DNA from: Haliotis cracherodii
Taxonomy: Eukaryota
Assembly: GCF_022045235.1 (NCBI RefSeq)
Contig: NW_027266286.1
Coordinates: 63,612,001-63,676,000 of the forward strand
Direction: 5' to 3'
Length of the DNA: 64,000 nucleotides
Positions 52,901 to 64,000 of this stretch are shown here, in pieces. A program made the translations under genes and the position numbers. The notes under the pieces were generated by a model. That model was not told where the DNA came from. It made no database searches and was given only the letters and a program-made list of their open reading frames with translations. Position 1 is the first letter of the stretch. Each line of letters opens with the position of its first letter.

Positions 52901-55105
52901 GTGAATGGGAGGATGTACAGAGAGTGTGAATGAGAGATTGAGAGATTGTGAATGTGAGAATGAAGAGAGAGTGTGGATGAGAGAATGTAGAGAGTGTGGA
53001 TGAGAGAATGTACAGAAAGTGTGATTGGAAGAATGTAGATTGAGCGTGAATGAGAGAATGCAGAGTGTGAATGGGAGGATGTACAGAGAGTGTAAATGAG
53101 AGATTGAGAGAGTGTGAATGTGAGAATGAAGAGAGAGTGTGAATGAGAGAATGTAGAGAGAGTGTGAATGAGAGTGTGAATGAAAGAATGTACAGAAAGT
53201 GTGATTGGAAGAATGTAGATTGAGCGTGAATGAGAGAATGTAGAGTGTGAATGGGAGAATGTACAGAGAGTGTGAATGTGAGAATGAAGAAAGAGTGTGA
53301 ATGAGAGAATGTAGAGAGTGTGAATGAAAGAATGTACAGAAAGTGTGATTGGAAGAATGTAGATTGAGCGTGAATGAGAGAATGCAGAGTGTGAATGGGA
53401 GGATGTACAGAGAGTGTGAATGAGAGATTGAGAGAGTGTGAATGTGAGAATGAAGAGAGAGTGTGAATGAGAGAATGTAGAGAGAGTGTGAATGAGAGAA
53501 TGTAGAGAGTGTGAATGAAAGAATGTACAGAAAGTGTGATTGGAAGAATGTAGATTGAGCGTGAATGAGAGAATGTAGAGTGTGAATCGGAGAATGTACA
53601 GAGAGTGTGAATGTGAGAATGAAGAAAGAGTGTGAAAGAGAGAATGTAGAGAGTGTGAATGAAAGAATGTACAGAAAGTGTGATTGGAAGAATGTAGATT
53701 GAACGTGAATGAGAGAATGTAGAGTGTGAATGAGAGAATGTAGAGAGTGTTTGAATTAAAGAATGTTGAGAGAGCGTGAATGAAAGAATGTAGATAGAGT
53801 GTTTGAATTAAAGAATGTAGAGAGAGTGTGAATGAGAGAATGTAGAGAGTGTGAATGAAAGAATGTACAGAAAGTGTGATTGGAAGAATGTAGATTGAGC
53901 GTGAATGAGAGAATGTAGAGTGTGAATGGCAGAATGTACAGAGAGTGTGAATGTGAGAATGAAGAAATAGTGTGAATGAGAGAATGTAGAGAGGGTGTGA
54001 ATGAGAGAATGTAGGGAGTGTGAATGAAAGAATGTACAGAAAGTGTGATTGGAAGAATGTAGATTGAGCGTGAATGAGAGAATGTAGAGTGTGAATGAGA
54101 GAATGTAGAGAGAGTGTGAATGTGAGAATGAAGAAAGAGTGTGAATGAGAGAATGTAGAGAGAGTGTGAATGAGAGAATGTAGAGAGTGTGAATGAGAGA
54201 ATGTAGAGAGAGTGTGAATGAGAGAATGTAGAGAGTGTGAATGAAAGAATGTACAGAAAGTGTGATTGGAAGAATGTAGATTGAACGTGAATGAGAGAAT
54301 GCAGAGTGTGTGAATTAAAGAATGTACAGAAAGTGTGATTGGAAGAATGTAGATTGAACGTGAATGAGAGAATGTAGAGAGTGTGAATGAAAGAATGTAC
54401 AGAAAGTGTGATTGGAAGAATGTAGATTGAGCGTGAATGAGAGAATGTAGAGTGTGAATGGGAGAATGTACAGAGAGTGTGAATGTGAGAATGAAGAAAG
54501 AGTGTGAATGAGAGAATGTAGAGAGTGTGAATGAAAGAATGTACAGAAAGTGTGATTGGAAGAATGTAGATTGAGCGTGAATGAGAGAATGCAGAGTGTG
54601 AATGGGAGGATGTACAGAGAGTGTAAATGAGAGATTGAGAGAGTGTTAATGTGAGAATGTAGAGAGAGTGTGAAAGAGAGAATGTAGAGAGAGTGTGAAT
54701 GAGAGAATGTAGAGAGTGTGAATGAAAGAATGTACAGAAAGTGTGATTGGAAGAATGTAGATTGAACGTGAATGAGAGAATGTAGAGTGTGAATGGGAGA
54801 ATGTACAGAGAGTGTGAATGTGAGAATGAAGAAAGAGTGTGAATGTGAGAATGAAGAAAGAGTGTGAATGTGAGAATGTAGAGAGAGTGTGAATGAGAGA
54901 ATGTAGAGAGTGTGAATGAAAGAATGTACAGAAAGTGTGATTGGAAGAATGTAGATTGAACGTGAATGAGAGAATGTAGAGTGTGAATGAGAGAATGTAG
55001 AGAGTGTTTGAATTAAAGAATGTTGAGAGAGCGTGAATGAAAGAATGTAGATAGAGTGTTTGAATTAAAGAATGTAGAGAGAGTGTGAATGAGAGAATGT
55101 AGAGG
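49915..55105. repeat. ~5.2-kb purine-rich 21/23-bp minisatellite (GAGAGAATGTAGAGAGTGTGAAT)n with domain-specific higher-order variants
   Basis: Read directly; lies between the two first exons. Confidence 0.97.
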
Positions 55106-55261
55106 CGAGGAGGAGGGCAGAAGTACCGAGATACAATTGAAAATTGGATTTGACAAATGAAACACAAACGTTGTCAAGAGTTTACAAGACTGACAACGGT
55201 AGTCGCTACACCGCAAACGTAAAGTCCATACCACACCTATGACACTCGTAACAAATACATC

Positions 55262-55512
55262 GACCCGTGAAGATCCGGTGTAGAATAGGTCTTCAGCAGC
55301 CCATGCTTGCCGTAAAAGGCAACTATGCTTATCGTTAGAGGCGATTAACGGGATCGGGTGGTCAGGGTTGCTGATATGGCTGATGCATGTCATTGTATCC
55401 CAATTGCGTGGATCGATGCTCATAATGTCAGTCACTGGATTGTCTGGTCCATTTTTTACATATAGCTGGAATATTGCTGAGTACAGCTTTAAAAAACAAA
55501 CAAACAAACATC
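55262..55512 (+). mobile_element. Family B retroposon, full length with internal deletion
   Basis: GACCCGTGAAGATCCGGTGTAGAATAGGTCTTCAGC...(CAAA)n. Confidence 0.88.
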
Positions 55513-56537
55513 ACAATCGAATATAACTATTTAATTCCAGTTTTAGCCACTATTAAATATGGATGTATACTTTTATTTCCCCGGCAGTTTATACATACTG
55601 CAGTGATAGATTGATAAGGAGGTGGATTCGGGGTGACAGACAGAACTGAAATAGAACGAGGAAATATGGAGGCAGAGATGTCAGATGAGATGACAATAAC
55701 GAAACAAATAGAACGTGAAACTGAAAGAACGTCTTGCTTGAGGCTGGATACGTTCTATTCTGCACCATTATGTTATGCATGCACAGAGAAGATGTAACAG
55801 AGGTTGACAGTCCATCCACGAAGCATTATCATGTTCCCGTAGGCGTTAACTATGTTAAGTATCGAGTGATGACTCGTATAACAATAGTGTAATGTGTGGG
55901 GTGTTGGCTGGTGTGTATGTGATAATAGTGTATGGTGTTGATTCGGAAACAGCATCATTATGCGGTGTAGACTTCCATTATCTGCAAGCATAAGGATGAA
56001 GTGCATTCCATCGGGTGGGGCATCCGAAGGATAGTGTCCTGTACACATACATTAAATCATATCGAATATCGTTATTAGTACGTCACGTAGGTTCACCCTA
56101 ACAACTTCACAAAATAGTGTGACAACAGCAATCTTAGCAAATCAAAACTGAAAATGTACAATGATAATGGTTTCATTAATAAAAACCCGTCGTGACATAA
56201 AGTGACCTTTTTATATATATTGAATAATTTTATTTCTATCGACGGTAAGGTTCAATTTATCCTTGCTCCAATTTCAGGGAAGTATAGTTATTATGTCAAC
56301 ATGATAGGCAAGTCTGGAGGAAGCCAGTCTTTTATATTGACAACATGTTCTTATTAAGTATATAGTTCAAGGATTATGATTTAAACTAATAATCTTTTCC
56401 TCAAAGATTTGTAATCATTGCCTGGGAGACTTGTGCAAGTCTAGGGTCAATAATCTTACACCCCCTTCACGTATTGATTTGTGAAAGTTACTATTATCAG
56501 AAAAGTACAAACGCGAATGGCGTACATATAAATTAAT

Positions 56538-56634
56538 TAAGGATAAGAATTTATGGATGAAGAACTTCTTTGTTACAATTAATGAGCTCTTAATTGTAAT
56601 AAAGAAGTTCTTCATCCATAAATTCTTATCCTTA
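56538..56634. repeat. Near-perfect 97-bp palindrome (45-bp arms)
   Basis: TAAGGATAAG...GTTACAATTAA-TGAGCTC-TTAATTGTAAT...CTTATCCTTA; one arm mismatch. Confidence 0.95.
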
Positions 56635-56989
56635 CTTAGTACTCCAACATCTAAATGTCTTTTAAAGAAGTTATATCAATTAATGATGCCACCTGGCGAT
56701 ATTCCCGAAGCTTGTGACTGTGTCTCAAAGAGTGTGATTAGTCTTTAGGTAGATATATTCGCAACCAGACGCTGCCTTATGAAACGGAGACGACACCTAA
56801 CACCTCAGGGGTTAATGACCCAAGCTGACACTGTGACAGTCAAAGCGAATATTTTCAGCCTTACGTGAGATAATCAAGAAATATGAGATAAATATGATGA
56901 CGCGTATCTACCGAGAAAAGCCATACTCCATTTAACACGGGAATCAATAACAGGCGTGTCTCATTGATCGGAAACCGCAATAATACCAT

Positions 56990-57300
56990 AAATGGAGAAT
57001 ATCTACGCCGGCGGAAATTGTTGTGACCCGCGCGCGGACGAACCTTCTAGACGCAGTGACGGTTTGTTTTCTCACCGTTCTATTCAACTCGGGCCCGCAT
57101 TGAAATATCTCAGTGCGCGACGTCTTTCTGCCGTCAGGGCTCCTCCCTATGTTCCCCAACCGCCTGTCCCACGTTTAGTCACGTGACCGTTGATGAATCA
57201 TTGGCGCGCCTAAATTGTCGTCTGTACATTTAGCCGAGCTGAGCGAGATCAGAGCAGACGATACTTTTGCGCTGGGACGTCAAGTTTATTTGTGCTTACA
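56990..57300 (+). promoter_or_regulatory. CpG-rich, TATA-less promoter region of exon variant 2
   Basis: Local CpG/GC enrichment against an AT-rich background; palindromic E-box GTCACGTGAC at 57178-57187; reverse CCAAT (ATTGG) at 57200 overlapping TTGGCGCG. Confidence 0.5.
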
Positions 57301-57334
57301 TTGATTATCATTCGGATACCTGTACGTAGGAAAG

Positions 57335-57385
57335 ATGTCATACAGAGCCAACAAATCAGGCCTTAGCGCCGAGACACAGGATAAG
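57335..57385 (+). CDS. First coding exon (variant 2) of a calponin/transgelin/myophilin-like CH-domain protein: MSYRANKSGLSAETQDK
   Basis: AAGATG start, 17 codons, phase-0 donor AAG|GTATGA. Resembles the transgelin/calponin/myophilin N-terminus (GLSAEVQxK / RAxKSGxxAEAQxK). Lies directly after a CpG-rich promoter-like region. Downstream exons were not found in the window. Confidence 0.75.
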
Positions 57386-58438
57386 GTATGATAATTATTT
57401 CATTTTTTAAATATTCAACAGGTTGTCAGTGTGGTATAATTGTTTCCGCGATGGTTAAAGATTTTATTGGGAGAAACATTGGACGACTCGATGACTAAAA
57501 TGAAATTTAAATGTGTTATTTTCCAAAGTGACAGATATTTCATGTAGGTCAGACTGTTGGAGAGTGCTGTGCATTCCTCTCCAGCTGTTATCAAGACCGG
57601 CTGTATCCCGTAGCGATTCACGGGATCTTGGGTCTTTCAACAATGTGGCTCTAAACCAATGAACCAACACACTGTTTACATATTTTGTTCACGGAAATTG
57701 ATTTTACACATCTGCAGTGTTTAGGAGGATACTCAAACAGTCAAAATTAAAACGCTTGGTAAACCGTTTAATTTTCGCTTGTCAAAGAAGAAGTTTTCAA
57801 ATTCTGAAGTAGGACACACCTACAGTTTAAAAAGAAACAGCTTATATTACTTACATTAAAATAGTTGATGGGGAATGACGCCTCCTTTTTGACATGTGTT
57901 GACATTAAATCCACCTTAACGTATGCAACACGAATATGTACTTTCACGTTTCGTTAACCCTTTAAACAGTGCACGAGTGCTCATCCAATGGTTTGTTGAA
58001 GTAATCTATTTGCACCCACTTATTAACGATCAAATGAGCCAGTGTCAGATTTGCGATTGATTTTGTTCTACCTACATATTAACACCATTTACTAGTCAAT
58101 AGATGGCATGGGTGACGCAATCGCTGTCTGTGCAGAGTTGCGTCCCTTTACCTACTATGATCATGGGTTCGAATCTCAAAGTTTAACTGAATATGTTCCT
58201 ACGTTTGCCAGCACCATACTATTCGAACAAAATAGGTTGTTGAGCCTCTTTCTGGATTCCCTTACTTGCAGTGGTGTTATTTGAGTGGATGTGGATATCA
58301 CTAGGTTATCAGTCGGTGTGTGATTAAGATTCCGTTATCTGTAGAGGAAGGACTGTACGAATCACCATTACAACCCTTATCCTGTATGGACGTATACCAA
58401 AGCACATATCCGGTTCACTACATACAATAAACGTGTAT

Positions 58439-58701
58439 ACCCGTGAATATTCCGGGGTAGAATTGGTCTTTAGCAACCCATGCTTGCCGTAAAAGGTGAC
58501 TGCTTGTCGTAAAATGCGACTAACGGGATCGGGTGGTCAGGCTCGCTGACTTGGTTGATGCATGTCATTGATCCCAATTGCGTGGATCGATGCTCACGAT
58601 ATTAATCACTGGATTGTCTGGTCCAGACTCGATTATTTACAGACCGCCGTCATATAGCTGGAATATTGCTGAGTGCGGCGTTAAACAACAAACCAACCAA
58701 C
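58439..58701 (+). mobile_element. Family B retroposon (~260 bp, non-tRNA structured head), full length with 14-bp TSD
   Basis: CAATAAACGTGTAT at 58425-58438 and 58702-58715; starts ACCCGTGAA; tail ATATAGCTGGAATATTGCTGAGTGCGGCGTTAAAC plus (CAAA/CAAC)n. Confidence 0.9.
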
Positions 58702-58737
58702 CAATAAACGTGTATGTGATTTCAAATTCACTAAGTG

Positions 58738-58870
58738 GGGGAGTGAGTATGGTTTTTAGGAATATTCTAGAAATATCACGGTGGACACCAGAAACGTGCT
58801 TCTTACATTGTACCCTTATTAGGAATCGAACCCGGGCCTCGGCTTGACGTGCGAACGCTTTTACCACTCG
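58738..58870 (-). mobile_element. SINE family A, degenerate
   Basis: GAGTGAGTATGGTTTT...ACACCAGAAA...TACATTGTACCC...GGAATCGAACCCGG...GCGAACGCTTTTACCACT. Confidence 0.75.
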
Positions 58871-59249
58871 ACTTCTTCACAGCCCACTTCCCCGAGCATG
58901 CATAGCATACACCTGCGTGTGTGAGAGTATTGAAGGTATAAATAATACCTTTTGAATTTAGAAACCGTTCGGCTTCACGTTTCAAACTAAGCTAAGAACT
59001 ATTGCATGTCGGGTAAAGAACATTCATCTTCACAATGTCCTAGGGTCACAACTACAGATACGATTTCACCTTTGTGTTACTGACAGCCTTACCCTAGTGC
59101 TATCAAGCCGCTGAACTGACGTTAACTTAGACGCCATCAATGTTGAACTGAACAATTATAGCCAACACAGGTACAAGAAATAACTTGTTCACAAGTCATA
59201 TTAACTTTTTAATACAACATATGTGAATCGTTTGCCTGTCACAACCAAG

Positions 59250-59360
59250 GGCCGTGTCGATTCCCCTGAAGGGTGCACTATGTAAAGCCCATTCTGGTGA
59301 CCTTCTGGGGATATTGCCGGAATATTGCTAAAAGCAGTGTAAAACCACTCTCACACACTC
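59250..59360 (+). mobile_element. SINE family A, partial
   Basis: TCGATTCCCC...AAGCCCATTCTGGTG...GATATTGCCGGAATATTGCTAAAAGCAGTGTAAAACC. Confidence 0.7.
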
Positions 59361-61634
59361 TAATAACATTTTGTGTCGTACAGGTATGGTATGTATGCTA
59401 CATGCCAAAGTAGCTTATGGACACAAGGTTCTGTAGAGTGCATATTGACTGTCTTTTTACCTGTCTATTCACTGAACACCGCGTGGTAGTCTGCCTTGGG
59501 AACATTATTCAGTGTCGACGCAGCCCGAATCCATCATCTTCCACATGCGTCATGTTTCAAATAGCTGCATAATTTAGTCCTCAATATTGCGTACTGAAAT
59601 GTTCACACTGAGCGCAGTGTAAAGACCCTTCAAAAGACGTTTAGCTTGCTCGACTAGACGATTCCAGCATGTTGCTTGTATAGGATTACCAGGTATCGAG
59701 AGGTTAACGCTTGGATTTATCTTCGTTTTAAAGCAAAGTATGGCGACACTGTGTCTATTTTATCCTGAAACTAATGTGTGCAACTATGCGAGCAATATGA
59801 CGCAAATAAATCACCATCACATACATGTTTTAAACTTTATTGTGTGAATAGTTAAACGAATAGGACAGAGTCGCTAACCTTGTCTAAGCCCAGCCTCCAG
59901 AACTTTCACCTACTTCTGTAACACAATAGCAATCCTTTAACCATTGTATTCCAGTCGCCTCCTCATCCCAGGTTTCCTGTGGCTCTTCCATCACGTCACC
60001 TTTTCTTCTACAGAGGACAAACAATTTGTGAAACAGTGACACGGGTGTCATTCACTTCGCTTAGCTTGTGTGGGGTTAACTGCTTTTCAACGCACGACTG
60101 GTTGCCACCTCCATGCCTTTTAATAATGTATCATAAAGTTCACCAGAGTTTATACAATACTAAACCCATTTAGAAATACCGATTGCACGACAACGTGTGA
60201 TATGGTAGGAGTTGAACAAACAACAACCTCAACCCTGAGTTACCGTGCATGTGTATGGGACATGCAGAAAGGAGCTGCATGTTCGAGGATATGGTTGAGT
60301 GGATGTGTGTGGGTGGGGGGTGGGGGCATTTAGATCCTTTTAAAGGAGTTCTGGTCATTCAGCGCTGAATTTAAGAACATTCCAGCCATATTACAACGGG
60401 GGACTCACTGGTTGTTAACCCTTGGGAAACCACATCACCCATTCAGGGGAGATGGGTTAATTTAGTGGCATTCCACAGATACAGATGTGTAAACTGATAC
60501 CTCCATAAACCGTTTATACAGAAACTGTTATCAAAGAATTTGTAGAGTACGTTATAAAACTACAGGGCATAAGTCGAAAGGTCTTCACAAGGGTGTGTCG
60601 CTGAACCCTTGATAGTAATCAGCAGGTCTCCTATATCGTGCGTTAAGTTGACGGCTTCCTCGTGTCAAGTAGGCAAACAAAGCAAGCAACTCATGAGCCA
60701 CATGGAGGAATACTATTATAGACAGAAGTATTAGCATAAGCCCAATAATAAAACGCAGCAGAAATTGTGTTGCTTTATATCGCTTTCGGATCAGATGATC
60801 ATTTTACTCATCCAAAAAAGATACTTTGTAAATTTCATGCTTTGATATGCCTTGTTCAATCTTATTATTGGAAGACGAAGTCACTATCGAAGTGTTAGCC
60901 GACAGGGAAATGAGTTACACATTTCCGTCTGTTGTGTTGTTGCGTGGAAGTTTGGGAATCATTTGTATACACATGGTCATATCATGACATGGTTTTTGAC
61001 CCCGAAATGTTTTCCCTTTCAATGTGGACATGCGAAATGTAATTTTGTTTACCGCTCTGTTTCTGTCATCGGTGTTTCTGCTCAGTGTAATCCAGACAAT
61101 ATTAAAACACATTTGTTGTTCAATATTATTACATGTATAATGGAATATCCTTCGGCTGCTATTAATGATCTGGAACACTCGTACTTGGCGAAAGTCTTAT
61201 TAATTAACTGTTGAGGAGATACAGCCCTGCAATTATTACCAGATATAACAACTTCATTCTACCAGTGGTCTCGGATGTTTGAGACACAAAGTCGTAAAGA
61301 AATGGGCACTGAGGTTTTACCTCTGTTGATAAAGAGGTTTACAGTGATTGGTTGACCTCTTGTGCTGAGTCTAACACGCCACTTTTCCCACTCAATAACC
61401 CGGTATTATTATTATCCCGTTCAATTATAGGGTAATTGAAAATCAATCTCCTCGGCATCTTGCCATATAAATGACAATAAATATGAAAATGTCAATATAG
61501 GAGGGATTCTTAATGTTTGCTTTGCACGTCAACTATAATGTAAATGTAAATGTAGGTGTAAAAATAACTAAATGGTTTCTGTGTACAACGTTTCCATATA
61601 TCTATAGTTCATGCATATTTGGTTCATAGTTGGG

Positions 61635-61890
61635 AGGGTGCACGGGTGGTCCAGTCGTCTAAGCCACAGAAGTTCCTTGTGCAGAGTAGCTTCCCTGGCG
61701 CGAACCAAAAGACAATGATTCTTATGTTCGAATCCCATTTCGCCCTTATTGTGACTGTTTGTCAGAAAATATCCGTGCTTGTGGGTTTGACCAAAGTGGT
61801 AAACGTCAAAGACCTCTTCACTTCGAGATCTCCTCCCATATCAAGCTGACCAGCCGTGTTCAAAGCGATGTTAAATTCAACTCATTCGCT
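61635..61890 (+). mobile_element. SINE family C, degenerate (another partial copy at about 58105-58220)
   Basis: GCACGGGTGGTCCAGTCGTCTAAG...GTTCGAATCCCA...GTGGGTTTGACCAAAGTGGTAAACGTC. Confidence 0.7.
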
Positions 61891-63713
61891 AATAGTTATG
61901 AAGTCCAAAGGCATGTGTGTTTTATATGCTGTAATAGCGATGGGTAAACACCGTTCTACAACATTGTAATGTGCAAAGGCAATCTTTGTCCGAACTGTGG
62001 CACTTAAAGGGTTAATATATTAACATATTCACTTGATTTCATGTCCTTTTAAGAGGGAAGTTATTTTTCCTGTGAGAACTATTCACCTGACCTCAACAAA
62101 TGGTGGCCTGTGTACTTTGAACTCATCATCATATTGTGGAACATATGATATTGTAAACCATTTATACCTGATTCAACAATGTTCCATGTGTGTATTCTGT
62201 AGACCGTGGAATATAATTAATCATAGGTCAGGGATATATGTACATGGATGAACGGAAAGGGAAACCGCTGGAAAGTTTTAAAGCACATAAGCAACACGCA
62301 GAATCACATCTTGTTTAAAATCCAAATGTATTGAATTTCCCACCATACTGTACTTGTATGGGTAGTCATTTAAATGTTTTGAAAATATACCTGATTTCGC
62401 TTTTTGAGATTGGTATTATTTCCTGTAGAATGACTCCATCCAATTAATTAATTGTTTCGTTTGATGTCACTCATGTATTGTTTATAGGGCACAACCTGTT
62501 ACAATATTGATGAGACAGCGCAACAGTGAATCATTCACTACACCGTGTAGGTGATACATGCTGAGTCAGCGGTTTCTCTCACCGATCAATACTGGTGTGA
62601 TCACGGGACTCTTCAATAACTAAGGCGATAGGCCTTTGGTCACCTGCAGACAAGAGCCATTGCGCCACATATATTTTCCGGTTGAAAATAGGTCCGTAGG
62701 GTTCGAGTCTCCAAACAGTTATGAATTTCCAAAATTACGTGGAACAGGGTGGGAACAGGTCCCTCCATAATTGTCCAGGGACCATGGGAGTCCTAGGTTT
62801 CAGCCAAATCAATAAACCCCTGACTGAACATAGGCCATTTGGTTCCCAGTCTCTTCAGTGCAAAGGATTGTGTTGGTCTTTAACAAGCACGGATCAATGT
62901 CCATCGTCGACTAGAACAGACCCACAGTCTATTGATCTATCCACTTTCAGCCCATAAGCGATTACGAGATAATTCCCCAGCCCAAGATGGTCTCTTTAGG
63001 AACGTCCCAAATTCAGATATCCAATCATAGCAACAGACTGGCATCCCCATGGCTTAACCTTTATCACGTAGCTCACGTCCGGAGAGGAGGATGGATGTCA
63101 CTCGTTTATGTTAACCTGGATCATCCATGCCCGTCTCCATTAGTGTAATTTCCCACTTATGACAAGGGTTGTTTAAACTGGTGAATTTGTCCAAAAATAT
63201 TATTGATTCAGGAGTTTGTGATATAACTGCGTATAAATATCAGTAAATACAGAGGAATGTTAAAAACATCTTACTCAGTTAAAATCTCAAAGTATTAGTT
63301 GAAAATTGGAAACATTCTGATACTTAATTTTAACAAGCAAAGTGACATGACGTTCAAAGTTAGGTCAGACCATTCGAGACTTCAGCCCATCCCAGTAGAA
63401 TCACAGACATCCTTTGCTATTTGCTCTGCTCGGATGAGGGGTTGTTTCTGTATTTATTTTACCGCTCAGTGAGGTACACAAGGGGAAACAGCTAATGTCA
63501 TGCTTGTTCAGACATGTCGTTGTGGCCTCTTGGCAGACCCATTAAGCCTCATCCCATCTGAGTGTCAAAGGTTTAACATAGAACTCCTCGTTTGATACTC
63601 CCTATGCCTATGTGAACGCTTGAGCGTCATGTAAATTGACATTATTCCATCACATCTTGAATGATGTATATACACATATACTCATTCACTGACATATTGT
63701 ATAAACACATATA

Positions 63714-63850
63714 GTGAGTGAGTGTGGTTTTATGCCGCTTTAAGCAATATTCCAGCAATATTACGGCGAGGGACACCAGAAATGCACATTGTACCAATGT
63801 GGGTAATCGAAACCGGGTCTTTGGCGCGAAGAGCGAATGCTTTAACCACA
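63714..63850 (-). mobile_element. SINE family A
   Basis: Reverse complement matches the family A head and tail. Confidence 0.8.
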
Positions 63851-64000
63851 GTTCACAGTTTCACACAGTAGTAAAGTGGATAGTGGATACAGAACATTTC
63901 TAGTGCTGAGCTCCATACTTATGTATATGTTTCCGGACAGAAATATGTCTGACAGTTCAAAAGGATTGATAAAACATAAAGCAAAACATGACTCAACATT

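Noticed and set aside
55600-56045. Weak fibronectin type III-like peptide on minus strand (LRGWTVNLCYIFSVHA*HNGA)
   Set aside because: In-frame stops and only a few matching residues; unsupportable without a profile search.
57386-64000. Candidate acceptors for the next CH-domain exon (e.g. near 60012, 62427, 62488)
   Set aside because: Phase-0 translations hit stops quickly and show no CH-domain motifs; the next exon is probably outside the window.

Overview
Eukaryotic, AT-rich (my estimate about 38-40% GC), repeat-dense, gapped genomic window with four N runs. The SINE repertoire (tRNA-headed, V-domain and Meta-domain SINEs sharing a Nimb/I-type 3' tail with (ACTC)n or (CAAA)n ends) suggests a mollusc, probably a gastropod such as abalone; this is inference. 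No complete protein-coding gene is present and nearly all ORF-track ORFs are spurious. Supportable coding sequence: (i) two homologous short first coding exons of a calponin/transgelin/myophilin-like gene on + (44144-44206 MSIYRNYRAPKYGDARDTQMK and 57335-57385 MSYRANKSGLSAETQDK), both ending in a phase-0 AAG|GTA donor and each with its own promoter type, with no recognisable CH-domain exon between them; (ii) a decayed R4/Dong-like non-LTR retrotransposon C-terminus; (iii) a Penelope-like RT fragment. The rest is SINE families A-D, a short repeat family E, MITEs and large minisatellites. Most notable: a ~260-bp TSD-flanked retroposon (family B) whose 5' head is not a tRNA but a compact, probably pseudoknotted RNA (candidate ribozyme or new head type); a composite SINE insertion that captured ~225 bp also present 8 kb upstream, inside one 13-bp TSD; the duplicated alternative first exons; and a near-perfect 97-bp palindrome upstream of the second promoter. 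Boundaries of degenerate repeats are approximate (about +/-10-20 bp).
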